Positions 53,338 to 62,635 of a stretch of DNA of 64,000 nt are shown one piece after another. The stretch is from Anaeromyxobacteraceae bacterium (lineage in GTDB: Bacteria; Myxococcota; Myxococcia; Myxococcales; Anaeromyxobacteraceae): the NCBI GenBank assembly GCA_035543235.1, contig DATKJV010000047.1, positions 14,298-78,297 of the forward strand, read 5' to 3'. The translations under genes were made by a program, and so were the position numbers. Under the pieces are notes generated by a model. That model searched no databases, was not told the DNA's origin, and saw nothing but the letters and a program-made list of their open reading frames with translations. The stretch's first letter is position 1. The number at the start of each line of letters is the position of its first letter.

Positions 53338-54306
53338 ATGAGGTACATGCCCGCCGCGGTCGCCGCGGCCCTCCTCGTCACGCTCGTGCCGGCGCCTTCG
53401 CTCGCTGCGTCGAAGGCGGCCCAGGCAGACGACGCCAAGACGGCGGAGGCGAAGGCGCACTTCCGCCAGGGAGTCACCTACTACAAGGAAGCGCGCTACC
53501 GGGAGGCCATCTCCGAGTTCCAGGCCGCGTACAAGATCAAGCCGAGCGGGGTGCTCCACTACAACATCGGCCAGGCCTACGAGAAGCTCGGGGACATCCC
53601 GGCCGCCCTCAACGCCTACAACGACTACCTTCGCGAGGTGCCCAAGGCGCAGAACCGCGAGACGGTGCAGCGGGTCATCGCCAACCTCCAGGCGCGGCTG
53701 GCAGCGAGCGGCGTACAGATGCTCTACGTCACGAGCGACCCCAGCGATGCGGAGGTGTGGATCGACGGCCAGCTGCGCGGCCGCTCCCCGTTCAACGCTG
53801 CACTCCCTCAGGGCAGCCACGTGGTCTCGGTCACGAAGAGCGGCTATCGCACCGTCTCGCGCGAGGTCATCCTCTCGCCCGAGCGCTCCCACGAGGTAGG
53901 CCTCTCGCTCCAGGCTGCCCCGCCTGGCGTCGCGGTGCCCGCCGCCCAGCCGCCGGTCGTGCAGCCGACGACGCCCCCCAACCTGACCCCGGCCCCGCCT
54001 CCCCCTCCGCCGGTCGCCACCGCCTCGACACAGGCGCCGGCGAAGGTGGAGCGGAAGAACTGGCTCGGTCCCATCATCGCGGGGAGCGTCGCGGTGGTCG
54101 CCGCCGGCGCCGGGATCTGGATGGGCATCGAGGCCCAGAACGCGCAGAACTCGCTGCTCCACGGGTACCCGTCGAGCCCGTCCGCCGCCAACTCGCTCGC
54201 GCAGAAGGCCAAGAACAACGCGACGACCGCGAACGTGCTCTACGGCGTCGCAGGCGTTGCAGCCCTGACCGGGGGAGGCATTCTCGTCTTCGGAGGGTAC
54301 TTCTAA
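53338..54306 (+). CDS. secreted/anchored TPR + PEGA-domain protein
   Basis: 322-aa ORF. Signal-like N-terminus 'AAVAAALLVTLVPAPSLAAS', TPR-like 'YKEARYREAISEFQAAY...YNIGQAYEKLGD' and PEGA 'LYVTSDPSDAEVWIDGQLRGRSPF...VSVTKSGYRTVSREV'. C-terminal TM helix. Confidence 0.8.
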   Translation: MRYMPAAVAAALLVTLVPAPSLAASKAAQADDAKTAEAKAHFRQGVTYYKEARYREAISEFQAAYKIKPSGVLHYNIGQAYEKLGDIPAALNAYNDYLREVPKAQNRETVQRVIANLQARLAASGVQMLYVTSDPSDAEVWIDGQLRGRSPFNAALPQGSHVVSVTKSGYRTVSREVILSPERSHEVGLSLQAAPPGVAVPAAQPPVVQPTTPPNLTPAPPPPPPVATASTQAPAKVERKNWLGPIIAGSVAVVAAGAGIWMGIEAQNAQNSLLHGYPSSPSAANSLAQKAKNNATTANVLYGVAGVAALTGGGILVFGGYF

Positions 54307-55535
54307 TGATGGGGAAGGTCGGCCGGCTCGCCGTTCCCCTCGTGGCGCTCGAGCTCGTGGCCTGCACCGTGACCACGAGCGGCGCCCAGTGCAACGGCGA
54401 CGCGAACTGCCAGACCGGGCAGCGGTGCGTCGGGGCGTCCTCCGACCAGTCCGGAACCTGCCAGCCCTGCAGCTTGTCCTGCTCGGCCGGCCTCGCGTGC
54501 GGGACGGGGGCCGGTGGCGCGGAGGCGTGCGTCTGCCCGGTTGCCGGGCCCGTTTACTACGCCGACTCGGTGAACGGAGCCGCGGCCAGCGCGACCCCGG
54601 CCCCCACGGGCGCGCAGAGCCCGCCGGAGTGCCGCTTCGCGTCGCTCCAGGACGCGCTCGCGGCGGCGAGCGCACCGGGGTCCGTCGTGAAGGCGACCGG
54701 GGCGACCAGCGCGACGATGAGCTTCAGCGTGAGCAGCAAGCTGGAGGTCGGCGCTGGCGTGACGCTCACCTCCGACGCAGCGGCATGCCCGGCCGGTCAG
54801 TCCTGCACTCACCTCTATGCGATCGCCGGGGCCAGCACGGCTTCGCCCGTCGTTCAGCTCGATGCGGGAGCAACGCTCTCTGAATTCGAGGTCCAGGGTG
54901 GCTCCTCGAGCGCGAACGCCGTGCAGACGAACTGCGGCTCCGGTTCGGGCACGATCACGGTTCTGGACGTCAAGGTGGACGGGACGAGCAAGACGGGCGT
55001 CTACCACGCGGGTACGTGCCCCGTCGCTCTCCAGTCCTCAACGATCACCGGAGCGACCGACTCCGGCATCATCCTAGACGCCTCATCCAACGCCGTGTCC
55101 GCAGCCTTGACCGGCAACGTTCTGACGAAGAACTCTGCTACGACGTCGCACAACATATCGGGGACCCTAAGACGGGGGGGCGGAATCGCCGTCACGAGCG
55201 GTGACACAAGCAACGCGATAACCCTCGTGGCTCGCGGGAACCAGTTCGCTGGCAACAAGTACGATCAGGTTCTGGTCTACGTTGTGGGCAGCTTGAACCT
55301 TGCGGGCGGAGCTGACCAGTCCGCGTGCTCTGCATCGCCGCCAGCGGCGAACTACATCGGCTGCTACGACACGACGAGCAGTCCTGCGGGCGTGGGGATT
55401 TCGGCCAACGCCACGGGCGTGGACGCATCCTGGAACCAGTGGCCGCAGGACCCGCCAGTTGCCGGCACGGACTACATTGGGTCGGTTGTTGCCAGTCCAG
55501 CCTGCTCAGCGAACACTACTTGCCCGAACCCCTGA
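54306..55535 (+). CDS. lipoprotein with Cys-rich N-terminal module and parallel beta-helix-like repeats
   Basis: ATG overlaps the upstream TAA (TAATG), inside ORF 51909..55535. Lipobox 'LELVAC'. 'CNGDANCQTGQRCVG...CQPCSLSCSAGLACG' Cys module. Ser/Thr/Gly/Asn-rich repeats (ITGATDSGIILDASSNAVSAALTGNVLTKNSA...) suggest a right-handed beta-helix. Confidence 0.65.
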   Translation: MMGKVGRLAVPLVALELVACTVTTSGAQCNGDANCQTGQRCVGASSDQSGTCQPCSLSCSAGLACGTGAGGAEACVCPVAGPVYYADSVNGAAASATPAPTGAQSPPECRFASLQDALAAASAPGSVVKATGATSATMSFSVSSKLEVGAGVTLTSDAAACPAGQSCTHLYAIAGASTASPVVQLDAGATLSEFEVQGGSSSANAVQTNCGSGSGTITVLDVKVDGTSKTGVYHAGTCPVALQSSTITGATDSGIILDASSNAVSAALTGNVLTKNSATTSHNISGTLRRGGGIAVTSGDTSNAITLVARGNQFAGNKYDQVLVYVVGSLNLAGGADQSACSASPPAANYIGCYDTTSSPAGVGISANATGVDASWNQWPQDPPVAGTDYIGSVVASPACSANTTCPNP

Positions 55536-56493
55536 GCCCCTCCGGCCCGGATTCCTTCTCCAGCAACTCGCGCGCGCGCGCCGAGTTGTCCGGCATCCCG
55601 TAGAGGCTGACGCCGACCACCTTCCAGTGCCAGCGCGCTGCGCGCCTGACGAAGGCTTCCATAGCCTCGTCGCGCACCTGCGACGAGCCGGGCACGTCGC
55701 TCGCATGCCGGAATGCCCGGGTTCCGTCCGGGCGGACGACGACGATCCCCATGTGCGTGACTCGCGTCGGCCGATGTTCCCGGTCCTCCCGAACAACGAG
55801 AGCGACGGTGCCGTTGGGGATGGCGCCGGCGATCTCGACGAGGTCCGGGAGCGCCACGACGTCCAGCGCGAAGTCGCCGCGGGGCAGGTCAGGGAACGAG
55901 AGGCCACGCACCACGTGCCCCGCGCGGGCCGATAGCTCCCAGGTGGCGTCGTCCAGGTGCTTCACGATACGTGTGGCTGCGGAGCCGGCGAGTTCTCGCG
56001 TCACCGGCCTGAGCCACCCCTTCCGCTCCAGGGAGGGCAGCCACTGTGACTCCACGTAGTGGTTGCGCCTCCCGTAGGACGGCGCCCCGTCGTATCGCAC
56101 GTCGTCGAGGAGCCGTTCGGCTTCCGCGACGGTCCTCGCGTTGCCGAGCGCGATGGCCGTCTCGACGAGCGTCACGCAGTCGAAGGCGTCGAGGCGGAAC
56201 CGGGGGTCGGGATCGACGCCTGAACCCTCGCCGAGAGGAGAGAGCCGGTAGGGGGCGCCGAGGAGGAGCGAGCTCGCCCACGCCGCGCGCTCCGCTCCGG
56301 CGGCGTGGCCGGCGAGGGCCGCGTCGAGCCGCGACGGGATCGAGCCGGAGGAAGGGGACGCGGCGGCGAGGACGCTGGCCCAGCTGAGGAGCGCGAGGCG
56401 CAAGGAGTCCCTCGCAGTATACGCCGGGCTTTCTTGACTCGCCCCGGACCCGCGGATAGCGTCCGAGGAGACGGCGCGGGAGCGCGGGCGCAC
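55516..56493 (-). CDS. DUF1460-like (amidase/transglutaminase-fold) protein with signal peptide
   Basis: 325-aa ORF. 'RLDAFDCVTLVETAIALG' and 'THMGIVV' match my memory of the DUF1460 signature. Its 3' end overlaps the convergent lipoprotein gene by 20 nt. Confidence 0.6.
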   Translation of the reverse strand: MRPRSRAVSSDAIRGSGASQESPAYTARDSLRLALLSWASVLAAASPSSGSIPSRLDAALAGHAAGAERAAWASSLLLGAPYRLSPLGEGSGVDPDPRFRLDAFDCVTLVETAIALGNARTVAEAERLLDDVRYDGAPSYGRRNHYVESQWLPSLERKGWLRPVTRELAGSAATRIVKHLDDATWELSARAGHVVRGLSFPDLPRGDFALDVVALPDLVEIAGAIPNGTVALVVREDREHRPTRVTHMGIVVVRPDGTRAFRHASDVPGSSQVRDEAMEAFVRRAARWHWKVVGVSLYGMPDNSARARELLEKESGPEGLRGSGK

Positions 56494-56543
56494 CGCCCGG
56501 ACCCCCTTGAGGCCGCGCCAGGCCCCGCACCGGGAGCGATTCG

Positions 56544-57548
56544 ATGCCCAAGTTCGAGGTCTACGTACCCCCAGCCCCGCCGCAGCTACCCATGGCGGTC
56601 ACGCTGCGGGTCGAGTCGGAGAACTGGCTCGCCGCCCTCAAGGTCGGCCTTCAGAAGGTAGGGGGCGGCGAACTCGCAGCCAACATCCTCTGCGACATCC
56701 AGAGCGACGGATCCATTCACGTGACCGACCCGGGCGGTGCCCGCGTGTTCCGCATCCGCGAGATGCGCGAAGGGGAGCAGGCGCCCGCGCCTCCGCCCTC
56801 GGACCCGAACCGCACGGCGGTCATGCATGCGCCTCCGGCACCGCCCCCGAGGGCGTCGAGCCCGCCGCAGCGGCCTCCGTCCCCGGGGCAGGCCCCGCCG
56901 ACGCTCTCTCGCAGCCCGGCACCCGCGCCGCAGCGCCCGGCGCCCGCTCCCCGGCTCACGCCGGACACGGTCGCGTCGCTCGTGGAGGAGGTGGCCGGGC
57001 CCGCCGAGCCGCAGCCTGACAGGATCGGGCGCGTGGCCATCGGCGACACCGGCCCGGGCGACGTGCTCGCGGACGTGTTCTTCCGCACCGCCGAGCTCAA
57101 CCGGAGGACGGACCGGGAGGAGGGGTTGAGCTTCATCCTCGACCTGGCGATGGAGAAGGTCCGGTGCGACGCCGGGGCCGTCCTGCTCGGGCGCTTCCAG
57201 ACGAACGACCTCGCGTTCGTCGCCGCCCGCGGGCCCAAGGCCGAGGAGATCCTGCGGCGGCGCCTCTCGGTCCCCTTCGGGAAGGGGCTCGTCGGCTTCA
57301 GTGCGCAGGAGAACGTCTGCCTCGCAGTCTCCGACGCCGAGAAGGACCCCCGCTTCTACCGCGCGGTGTCCGAGGCGGTCGGCTACGCGACGCGGTCGGC
57401 CCTGTGCGCCCCCATCTCCTCCGGGGGGCGCGTGCGCGGGGCGCTCGAGCTCCTCAACAAGGGGGGCGGCGCCTTCACCGCCTCCGACCTGGCCGTCCTC
57501 TCGTACCTCGGGCACAAGGCCGGCGAGTTCCTCGACCGGGTCGGCTAG
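56544..57548 (+). CDS. GAF-domain protein with small N-terminal domain and Pro-rich linker
   Basis: 334-aa ORF. C-terminal GAF with 'GKGLVGFSAQENVCLAVSDAEKDPRFY...SALCAPISSGGRVRGALELLNK'. Confidence 0.8.
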   Translation: MPKFEVYVPPAPPQLPMAVTLRVESENWLAALKVGLQKVGGGELAANILCDIQSDGSIHVTDPGGARVFRIREMREGEQAPAPPPSDPNRTAVMHAPPAPPPRASSPPQRPPSPGQAPPTLSRSPAPAPQRPAPAPRLTPDTVASLVEEVAGPAEPQPDRIGRVAIGDTGPGDVLADVFFRTAELNRRTDREEGLSFILDLAMEKVRCDAGAVLLGRFQTNDLAFVAARGPKAEEILRRRLSVPFGKGLVGFSAQENVCLAVSDAEKDPRFYRAVSEAVGYATRSALCAPISSGGRVRGALELLNKGGGAFTASDLAVLSYLGHKAGEFLDRVG

Positions 57549-57551
57549 GGT

Positions 57552-58619
57552 CTACTGCCCGTCGCCCGCCTCTGCGAGGTCCGCCTCGCCCTTCACGAGC
57601 TCGCCCATCACCACCGTGGCGTACGAGCCCCGCGGGAGCTCGAAGGCGGCCCGGTAGCCCTCCGCCGTTGCCTCGAGCTCGACCTGGAGCGGCAGGCGGC
57701 CCGCCCGCCGCGTCCCCTCGGCCTCGCCACCCGCCCGCGCGAGCTCGGCCTGGCCGATGCCCTCGGCGGCGAGGATTCGGGCCTCGCGCTCGGCCGCCTC
57801 GCCCTCCGCTGGGCGTAGCTTGTGTCCGAACATCGGGCCGGCTGGCGAGATCTCGAAGCGCCGCACGCGCTCTCCGTCCACGGCCGCGTCCGAGCACGTG
57901 AAGACTCCGCCGGTCTCGAGCTTCTTCATGACGTCCCCGTTGACCGCCCTTTCGAAGAGGCCGTCCCGGATGCGCTCCTCGAGCCACCGGTTGAAGAGGA
58001 GCGACTGCCACGCGGAGAGGCACAGGCGCCGAAGGAAGCGGTCGCGTGCAGCGCGCCGGGCATCGGGGTCGTCGAGCCGGCCGATGAGGATGGCCCGCCC
58101 CAGGTCCGCGTTGCGGCCCGCGACGCCGAAGCGCTGCGGGCCGAAGAAGTTCGGGAAGCCGCGCTCCGCGAGCGCCGCCGCACAGGCCCGCGCCGCGCCC
58201 GTGTCGCCGCCGCGGACGAGGATCTGGAAGCGGTTCCCGCGGGAGTGCCCGGTGCGGAGCTTGTTCGCGTGGCGCGAGACGGAGAGCACGCGGAACCCGT
58301 CCTCGGAGAGGGAGGCGGGGTCCGGGTCCCGCGGCGTGTGGAAGGAGAGCCACTGGGTGGTGACCGCCTGGCGGTCCTTCAGCCCGGCGACCCCTGCGTC
58401 ACGCTCGTCGACCCCGAGCGCGGCGGCGAGCGCGCGGACGACGTCGCGGGTCGTGCGGCCCCGCTTCTCGACGTGGAGATACAGGTGCTCGCCCTGGCCG
58501 GACGGCAGGTACGCCGGGATCTCGTCGACGCGGAAGTCCTCGGGGGAGGCCTTCACCGCTCCGCCGGAGCCGGGCACGTCCGCCGTGATCCAGGGCAGCC
58601 GCGCCGCGGCCCCGCTCAA
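57552..58619 (-). CDS. truD: tRNA pseudouridine(13) synthase TruD
   Basis: Inside ORF 57552..59435. Probable TTG start (LSGAAARLPWITADVPG...) overlaps the upstream TGA (TTGA). 'FRVDEIP', 'GEHLYLHVEKRG.TT', 'VAGLKDRQAVTTQW' and 'PNFFGPQRFG'. Confidence 0.85.
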   Translation of the reverse strand: MSGAAARLPWITADVPGSGGAVKASPEDFRVDEIPAYLPSGQGEHLYLHVEKRGRTTRDVVRALAAALGVDERDAGVAGLKDRQAVTTQWLSFHTPRDPDPASLSEDGFRVLSVSRHANKLRTGHSRGNRFQILVRGGDTGAARACAAALAERGFPNFFGPQRFGVAGRNADLGRAILIGRLDDPDARRAARDRFLRRLCLSAWQSLLFNRWLEERIRDGLFERAVNGDVMKKLETGGVFTCSDAAVDGERVRRFEISPAGPMFGHKLRPAEGEAAEREARILAAEGIGQAELARAGGEAEGTRRAGRLPLQVELEATAEGYRAAFELPRGSYATVVMGELVKGEADLAEAGDGQ

Positions 58620-59902
58620 GGCAGGAGGCCCTCGATCGCCTCGAGCTTCTGCTTCACGGACCGTGACACGGCCTCGTCGGCGTCGCGCGGCAGCCGCTCC
58701 CCGGCCTGGAACAGGTAGAAGAACATGAGCTCGCGCAGGGCGTCGCGGAGGAGCCTCGGGCGCTCGCCGGTCGGCTCGATCTTGCGGACCGTGGCCGCGT
58801 CGAGCGCCGCGAGGTTCCGGAGGATCTCGTCCTCGTCGACCGATCCGTCGGACCGGGCGGAGGCGCCCCGCCACAGGGGGCCGAAGCGCGAGGCCGGGTC
58901 CGCGAGGAAGGCGCGGGCGCCGAGCAGGAAGGCCTCCGCGCCGCGGAAGGCGACCACGGCCCCGGCGATGTCGCGGAGGATGTCGTTCATGCCGGCGGCG
59001 ACCGCGCGGGCGGGATCCGTCGGCGCCGCGACCTGAGCCGCCGCCGCCTCCGAGACCTCCACGTAGCCCACCTCGGCCAGCCGGAACACGATCTTTGTCG
59101 CGTCGAACTCGGAGACGTGCCCGTCGCGCGCGAGGTCGGCGAGCCTGCGTCGGCCGTCGATCATCTCGAGCAGCCGCTGCTCGTCGGGCTCGAGCGCGAC
59201 CTGCCGCCGGGGCTCCTTGCGGCGCAGGAACACCTGCGCGTTCGGGATGCGCCCGCGGAAGTGGCTCATCTCGTCGATGCGCCGGATGGCGTCCATCAGC
59301 AGGCCCTGGGTGTCGACCGAGAGCGGGGCGCCGGGCACCTCCTCGAACGCCCCCTGCAGCAGGTAGAAGGTCCCCTCGCGGGCCATGAGGACGGCGTGGA
59401 AGACGGAGGCCACCTGCTCGTGGACCACCTTCCACAGGTCGTTCGACGTCATGTGTCCGCGCTCGACGAAGATCCGGCCCACTGGGCGCCCGCTCGCGAC
59501 GGCGTCCGTGAGCTGCCGCTCGTCGAGGAAGCCGAGCCTCACCGCGACCTCTCCGATCCGCTCTCCTGGCGCCTCCGAGGACGCCCCGCGCACCTGGCCG
59601 TCGCGGAAGTAGATGGAGCGGGCGTAGGGGCCGACGAGCACGCGCAGCGCGCCCGTCATCCGCGCCTGGTGGACGAAGCCCACGAAGTCCGGCAGCGGGA
59701 AGGCGGCGAGGTCGCCTGCGAGCACGGCACGGGAGGCGGGCGCCGGCCCGCCGCCCGCCGGCGAGCGCACGGCGACGAGCAGATCGGGGGCCGACGGGAC
59801 GAGTTCGAAGCGGCCGGCGCGGTCCGCGAGCGCACGGCGCACCTCGTCCGACTGGGGGACGACGCGGCCGTGGGCGTCGATGTCGAGGGTGTGGCGCTCC
59901 AC
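58616..59902 (-). CDS. PATAN/DUF4388-domain protein with MshEN-like segment
   Basis: 428-aa ORF. 'LAGDLAAFPLPDFVGFVHQARMTGALRVLVGPYARSIYFRDGQV' is DUF4388-like, followed by 'RIGEVAVRLGFLDERQLTDAV...RPVGRIFVERGHMTSNDLWKVVHEQ'. Confidence 0.75.
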   Translation of the reverse strand: MERHTLDIDAHGRVVPQSDEVRRALADRAGRFELVPSAPDLLVAVRSPAGGGPAPASRAVLAGDLAAFPLPDFVGFVHQARMTGALRVLVGPYARSIYFRDGQVRGASSEAPGERIGEVAVRLGFLDERQLTDAVASGRPVGRIFVERGHMTSNDLWKVVHEQVASVFHAVLMAREGTFYLLQGAFEEVPGAPLSVDTQGLLMDAIRRIDEMSHFRGRIPNAQVFLRRKEPRRQVALEPDEQRLLEMIDGRRRLADLARDGHVSEFDATKIVFRLAEVGYVEVSEAAAAQVAAPTDPARAVAAGMNDILRDIAGAVVAFRGAEAFLLGARAFLADPASRFGPLWRGASARSDGSVDEDEILRNLAALDAATVRKIEPTGERPRLLRDALRELMFFYLFQAGERLPRDADEAVSRSVKQKLEAIEGLLP

Positions 59903-59906
59903 TCGC

Positions 59907-60782
59907 CTAGTCCTTCCAGCCGGTCGATCGGATCCACTCGAGCTCGTCCTCGAGCACGAACTCGAGGACCGTCTCGGAGTAGTCCGGGAGGATGTGCCGG
60001 CGGCCGTTGAAGAAGAGGGAAGGGGTGCCCTGGATGCCGGCGCGCCGGGCCTCGGCCTGCGCCTCCAGGACGCGCGCGCGGTACTTCCCGGTCTCGAGGG
60101 CCTTCTTGAGGTCGTCGGGGTCCTTCCCGAGCCGCTCGGCGATCGCCCCGAGCGAAGCGTTGTCGAGCGCCCGGTTGTTGTCGAACAGCGCGTCGTAGAA
60201 GGGCCAGAGGACCCCCTCGTCCCGCGCCCACTCCGCTGCCTCCGCCGCCTCCTCGGCCCGGGGGTGCTGCAGGAGCGGGAAGGGCTTGTAGACGAGCTTC
60301 ACCTGGTCGGGGTGCTTCTCGACGAAGTCCTCGAGCTTGGGCCTCAGCTGCGCACAGAACGGGCAGACGAAGTCCGAGAACTCGACGATGGTCACGGGCG
60401 CCTTCGCGTCGCCCCGCGCCGGGCCGAAGCTCGCGACGTCGAGCTTCGCACGCTTCGAGCGGTCGAACGACGAGTAGTACTCGGTGAGCAGGCGCCGGAT
60501 GTCCCAGACAGCCATGTTCTGGCCGGCGAGCCGGGCCGCGAGCGCCGCCATGCGGGGGGCGTGCTTGCAGTCGGCGTGCTCGGTCAGGCAGCCGAGAAGC
60601 GTGTGCGGGCACCCGCAGTAGCAGTACTCCTCCTGCAGCACCTTTGCGAGGACCGTCTTCTGCTGGGGCGTGAGGACGTCGGCCCCGACGGTGGCCGGCA
60701 CCTTGCTCCAGTCGATCGACGGAGGGGACGCGGCGGGTCCCTGCGAGAGGACGGCGAGGAGGAGGGCGAGCGGGAGGTTCAT
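59907..60782 (-). CDS. secreted DsbA-family thiol:disulfide oxidoreductase with extra N-terminal Cys-rich segment
   Basis: 291-aa ORF. Signal peptide 'MNLPLALLLAVLSQGPAAS', 'EEYCYCGCPHTLLGCLTEHADCKHA' and the thioredoxin-fold active site 'FSDFVCPFCAQL'. Confidence 0.85.
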   Translation of the reverse strand: MNLPLALLLAVLSQGPAASPPSIDWSKVPATVGADVLTPQQKTVLAKVLQEEYCYCGCPHTLLGCLTEHADCKHAPRMAALAARLAGQNMAVWDIRRLLTEYYSSFDRSKRAKLDVASFGPARGDAKAPVTIVEFSDFVCPFCAQLRPKLEDFVEKHPDQVKLVYKPFPLLQHPRAEEAAEAAEWARDEGVLWPFYDALFDNNRALDNASLGAIAERLGKDPDDLKKALETGKYRARVLEAQAEARRAGIQGTPSLFFNGRRHILPDYSETVLEFVLEDELEWIRSTGWKD

Positions 60783-60868
60783 CGGTCCCCGGGCGGTTGG
60801 AGGGGCGAGGATTCTAGCACCGGCGCGCCCGGCACGCCGCGTGCGTCGGAGCCGCTTTCCTTATAGGT

Positions 60869-62635
60869 ATGGGCGCGATGGATCGTCCCCGGCTCGAGCC
60901 AGGTGCGGTGCGGAAGGAGCCGGGCGGGCGACTGCGCCTCGCCCTCGTCTACCCGAACGCGTACCGCCTGGGGATGGCCAACCTCGGCCTCCACGCGGTG
61001 TACCGGATCGCCAACGCCGAGCCGAACGTGCTGTGCGAGAGGGTATTCCTCCCGGACGCGGAGTCGGGGACCGTCCGGTCCGTCGAGTCCGCGAGGCCTC
61101 TGCGGGACTTCGACGTGATCGCCTTCTCGCTCTCCTTCGAGGACGACTACGTCCACGTCCTCGAGATCCTCGATCGGTCGGGCCTGCCGCTGCGTGCCGG
61201 CGGCCGGGACGAGCGCCACCCGATCGTCGTCGGGGGCGGCATCGCCGTCCAGATCAACCCCGAACCGCTCGCCCCCTTCTTCGACCTCTTCCTCGTCGGG
61301 GAGGGGGAGGTGCTCCTGCCGGGGTTCTTCCGGGCGGTCGCCGACGCCCCCCGCGACCTCCCGCGCCCCGAGCTGGTCGCCGCCCTCGCGGCGCTGCCGG
61401 GGAGCTACGCCCCGGGGCTCTACGACGTCGCGTACGCGGACACCCGGGACGGCGGCGGCGCCTGGGTGACGCGCTTCGAGCCGCGCGCGCCGGCGCCGGA
61501 GCGGGTTCGCCGCGCCTACGTGGCCGACCTCCGCCCGGTCGCGACGAGCCGCGTCGTCGACTCGCCCGACGCCCAGTTCGGGGACCTCTTCCTCACCGAG
61601 GTGGCTCGCGGCTGCCTGTGGGGCTGCCGCTTCTGTGCGGCCGGCTTCGTGCAGCGCCCTTACCGGGAGGTCGACCTGGAGGTGCTCCGGGCCGAGGTCC
61701 GGCGCGGCATCGAGAAGGGGATGCGCGTCGGGCTCGTCGGCCCCGACACCAGCGACTACACGGGGCTCGACCCCCTCACCTGCTTCATCGGGGAGCAGGG
61801 CGGCTCCTTCAGCCCGTCCTCCCTCCGCGTGGATGCCATCACGTCGGAGCTCTCCCGGCGGCTCGCGGCCGGGGGGGAGAGGTCGATCACCATCGCCCCC
61901 GAGGCGGGGACCGATCGGATGCGGCGGGTCGTGAACAAGGACTTCTCGGACGATCGGATCGTCGAGGCGGCGCGGAGCGCGCTCGCCGCCGGCATGCGCC
62001 ACGTGAAGCTCTACTTCATGTGCGGCCTGCCGACCGAGACCGACGAGGACGTGCTGGGGATGGCGCGGATCGCCTTGCGCATCCGCGAGGAGGTCATGGT
62101 GCCGGAGGCCCGCCGGACCGGCCGCATGGGCCGCATCTCCCTGTCGGTGAACCCGTTCGTGCCGAAGCCCTGGACCCCGTTCCAGTGGGCGCCCATGCAC
62201 GGCGAGCGGTGCCTCGCCGGGAAGCGCCGCATGCTCGAGAAGGAGCTTCGTCCGCTCGGGGTCGACGTGGACTTCATGAGCCCCCGGGAGGCCTACCTCC
62301 AGACCCTCCTCTCGCGCGGCGACCGGCGGGCGGCCGACCTCCTCGAGGCGGCGCTCCGGTCGAGGGGCCAATTGTCCGCGGCGCTCGCGCGGTGGCCCCA
62401 CGACCCGGACTTCTTCGTGACGCGCGAGGTGGGGCTCGACGAGCGGCTTCCCTGGGACTTCATCGACCACGGGCTGGAGAAGTCGTTCCTCGCCCGCGAG
62501 TACCGCCGCGGCGTCGGAGGGCGCATCACCCCGAAGTGCGCGCTGGAGACGTGCCGCGCCTGCGGCCTCGACTGCGCCGACCACCCCGAGCTCCGGCTGC
62601 CCGGGGCGCAGGAATCGGCCCGGGCGCTGCCATGA
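60869..62635 (+). CDS. B12-binding-domain radical SAM protein (uncharacterised TIGR03960-like family)
   Basis: 588-aa ORF. 'RLRLALVYPNAYRLGMANLGLHAVY' N-terminal domain. Radical SAM cluster 'EVARGCLWGCRFCAAG' (Cx3Cx2C). Confidence 0.85.
   Translation: MGAMDRPRLEPGAVRKEPGGRLRLALVYPNAYRLGMANLGLHAVYRIANAEPNVLCERVFLPDAESGTVRSVESARPLRDFDVIAFSLSFEDDYVHVLEILDRSGLPLRAGGRDERHPIVVGGGIAVQINPEPLAPFFDLFLVGEGEVLLPGFFRAVADAPRDLPRPELVAALAALPGSYAPGLYDVAYADTRDGGGAWVTRFEPRAPAPERVRRAYVADLRPVATSRVVDSPDAQFGDLFLTEVARGCLWGCRFCAAGFVQRPYREVDLEVLRAEVRRGIEKGMRVGLVGPDTSDYTGLDPLTCFIGEQGGSFSPSSLRVDAITSELSRRLAAGGERSITIAPEAGTDRMRRVVNKDFSDDRIVEAARSALAAGMRHVKLYFMCGLPTETDEDVLGMARIALRIREEVMVPEARRTGRMGRISLSVNPFVPKPWTPFQWAPMHGERCLAGKRRMLEKELRPLGVDVDFMSPREAYLQTLLSRGDRRAADLLEAALRSRGQLSAALARWPHDPDFFVTREVGLDERLPWDFIDHGLEKSFLAREYRRGVGGRITPKCALETCRACGLDCADHPELRLPGAQESARALP

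Noticed and set aside
51718-55535. ORF 51718..54675 (-, 985 aa) and the N-terminal 800 aa of ORF 51909..55535 (+)
   Set aside because: They overlap the kinase and TPR-PEGA genes in wrong frames. Only the last 409 aa of the plus ORF (the lipoprotein) look genuine.
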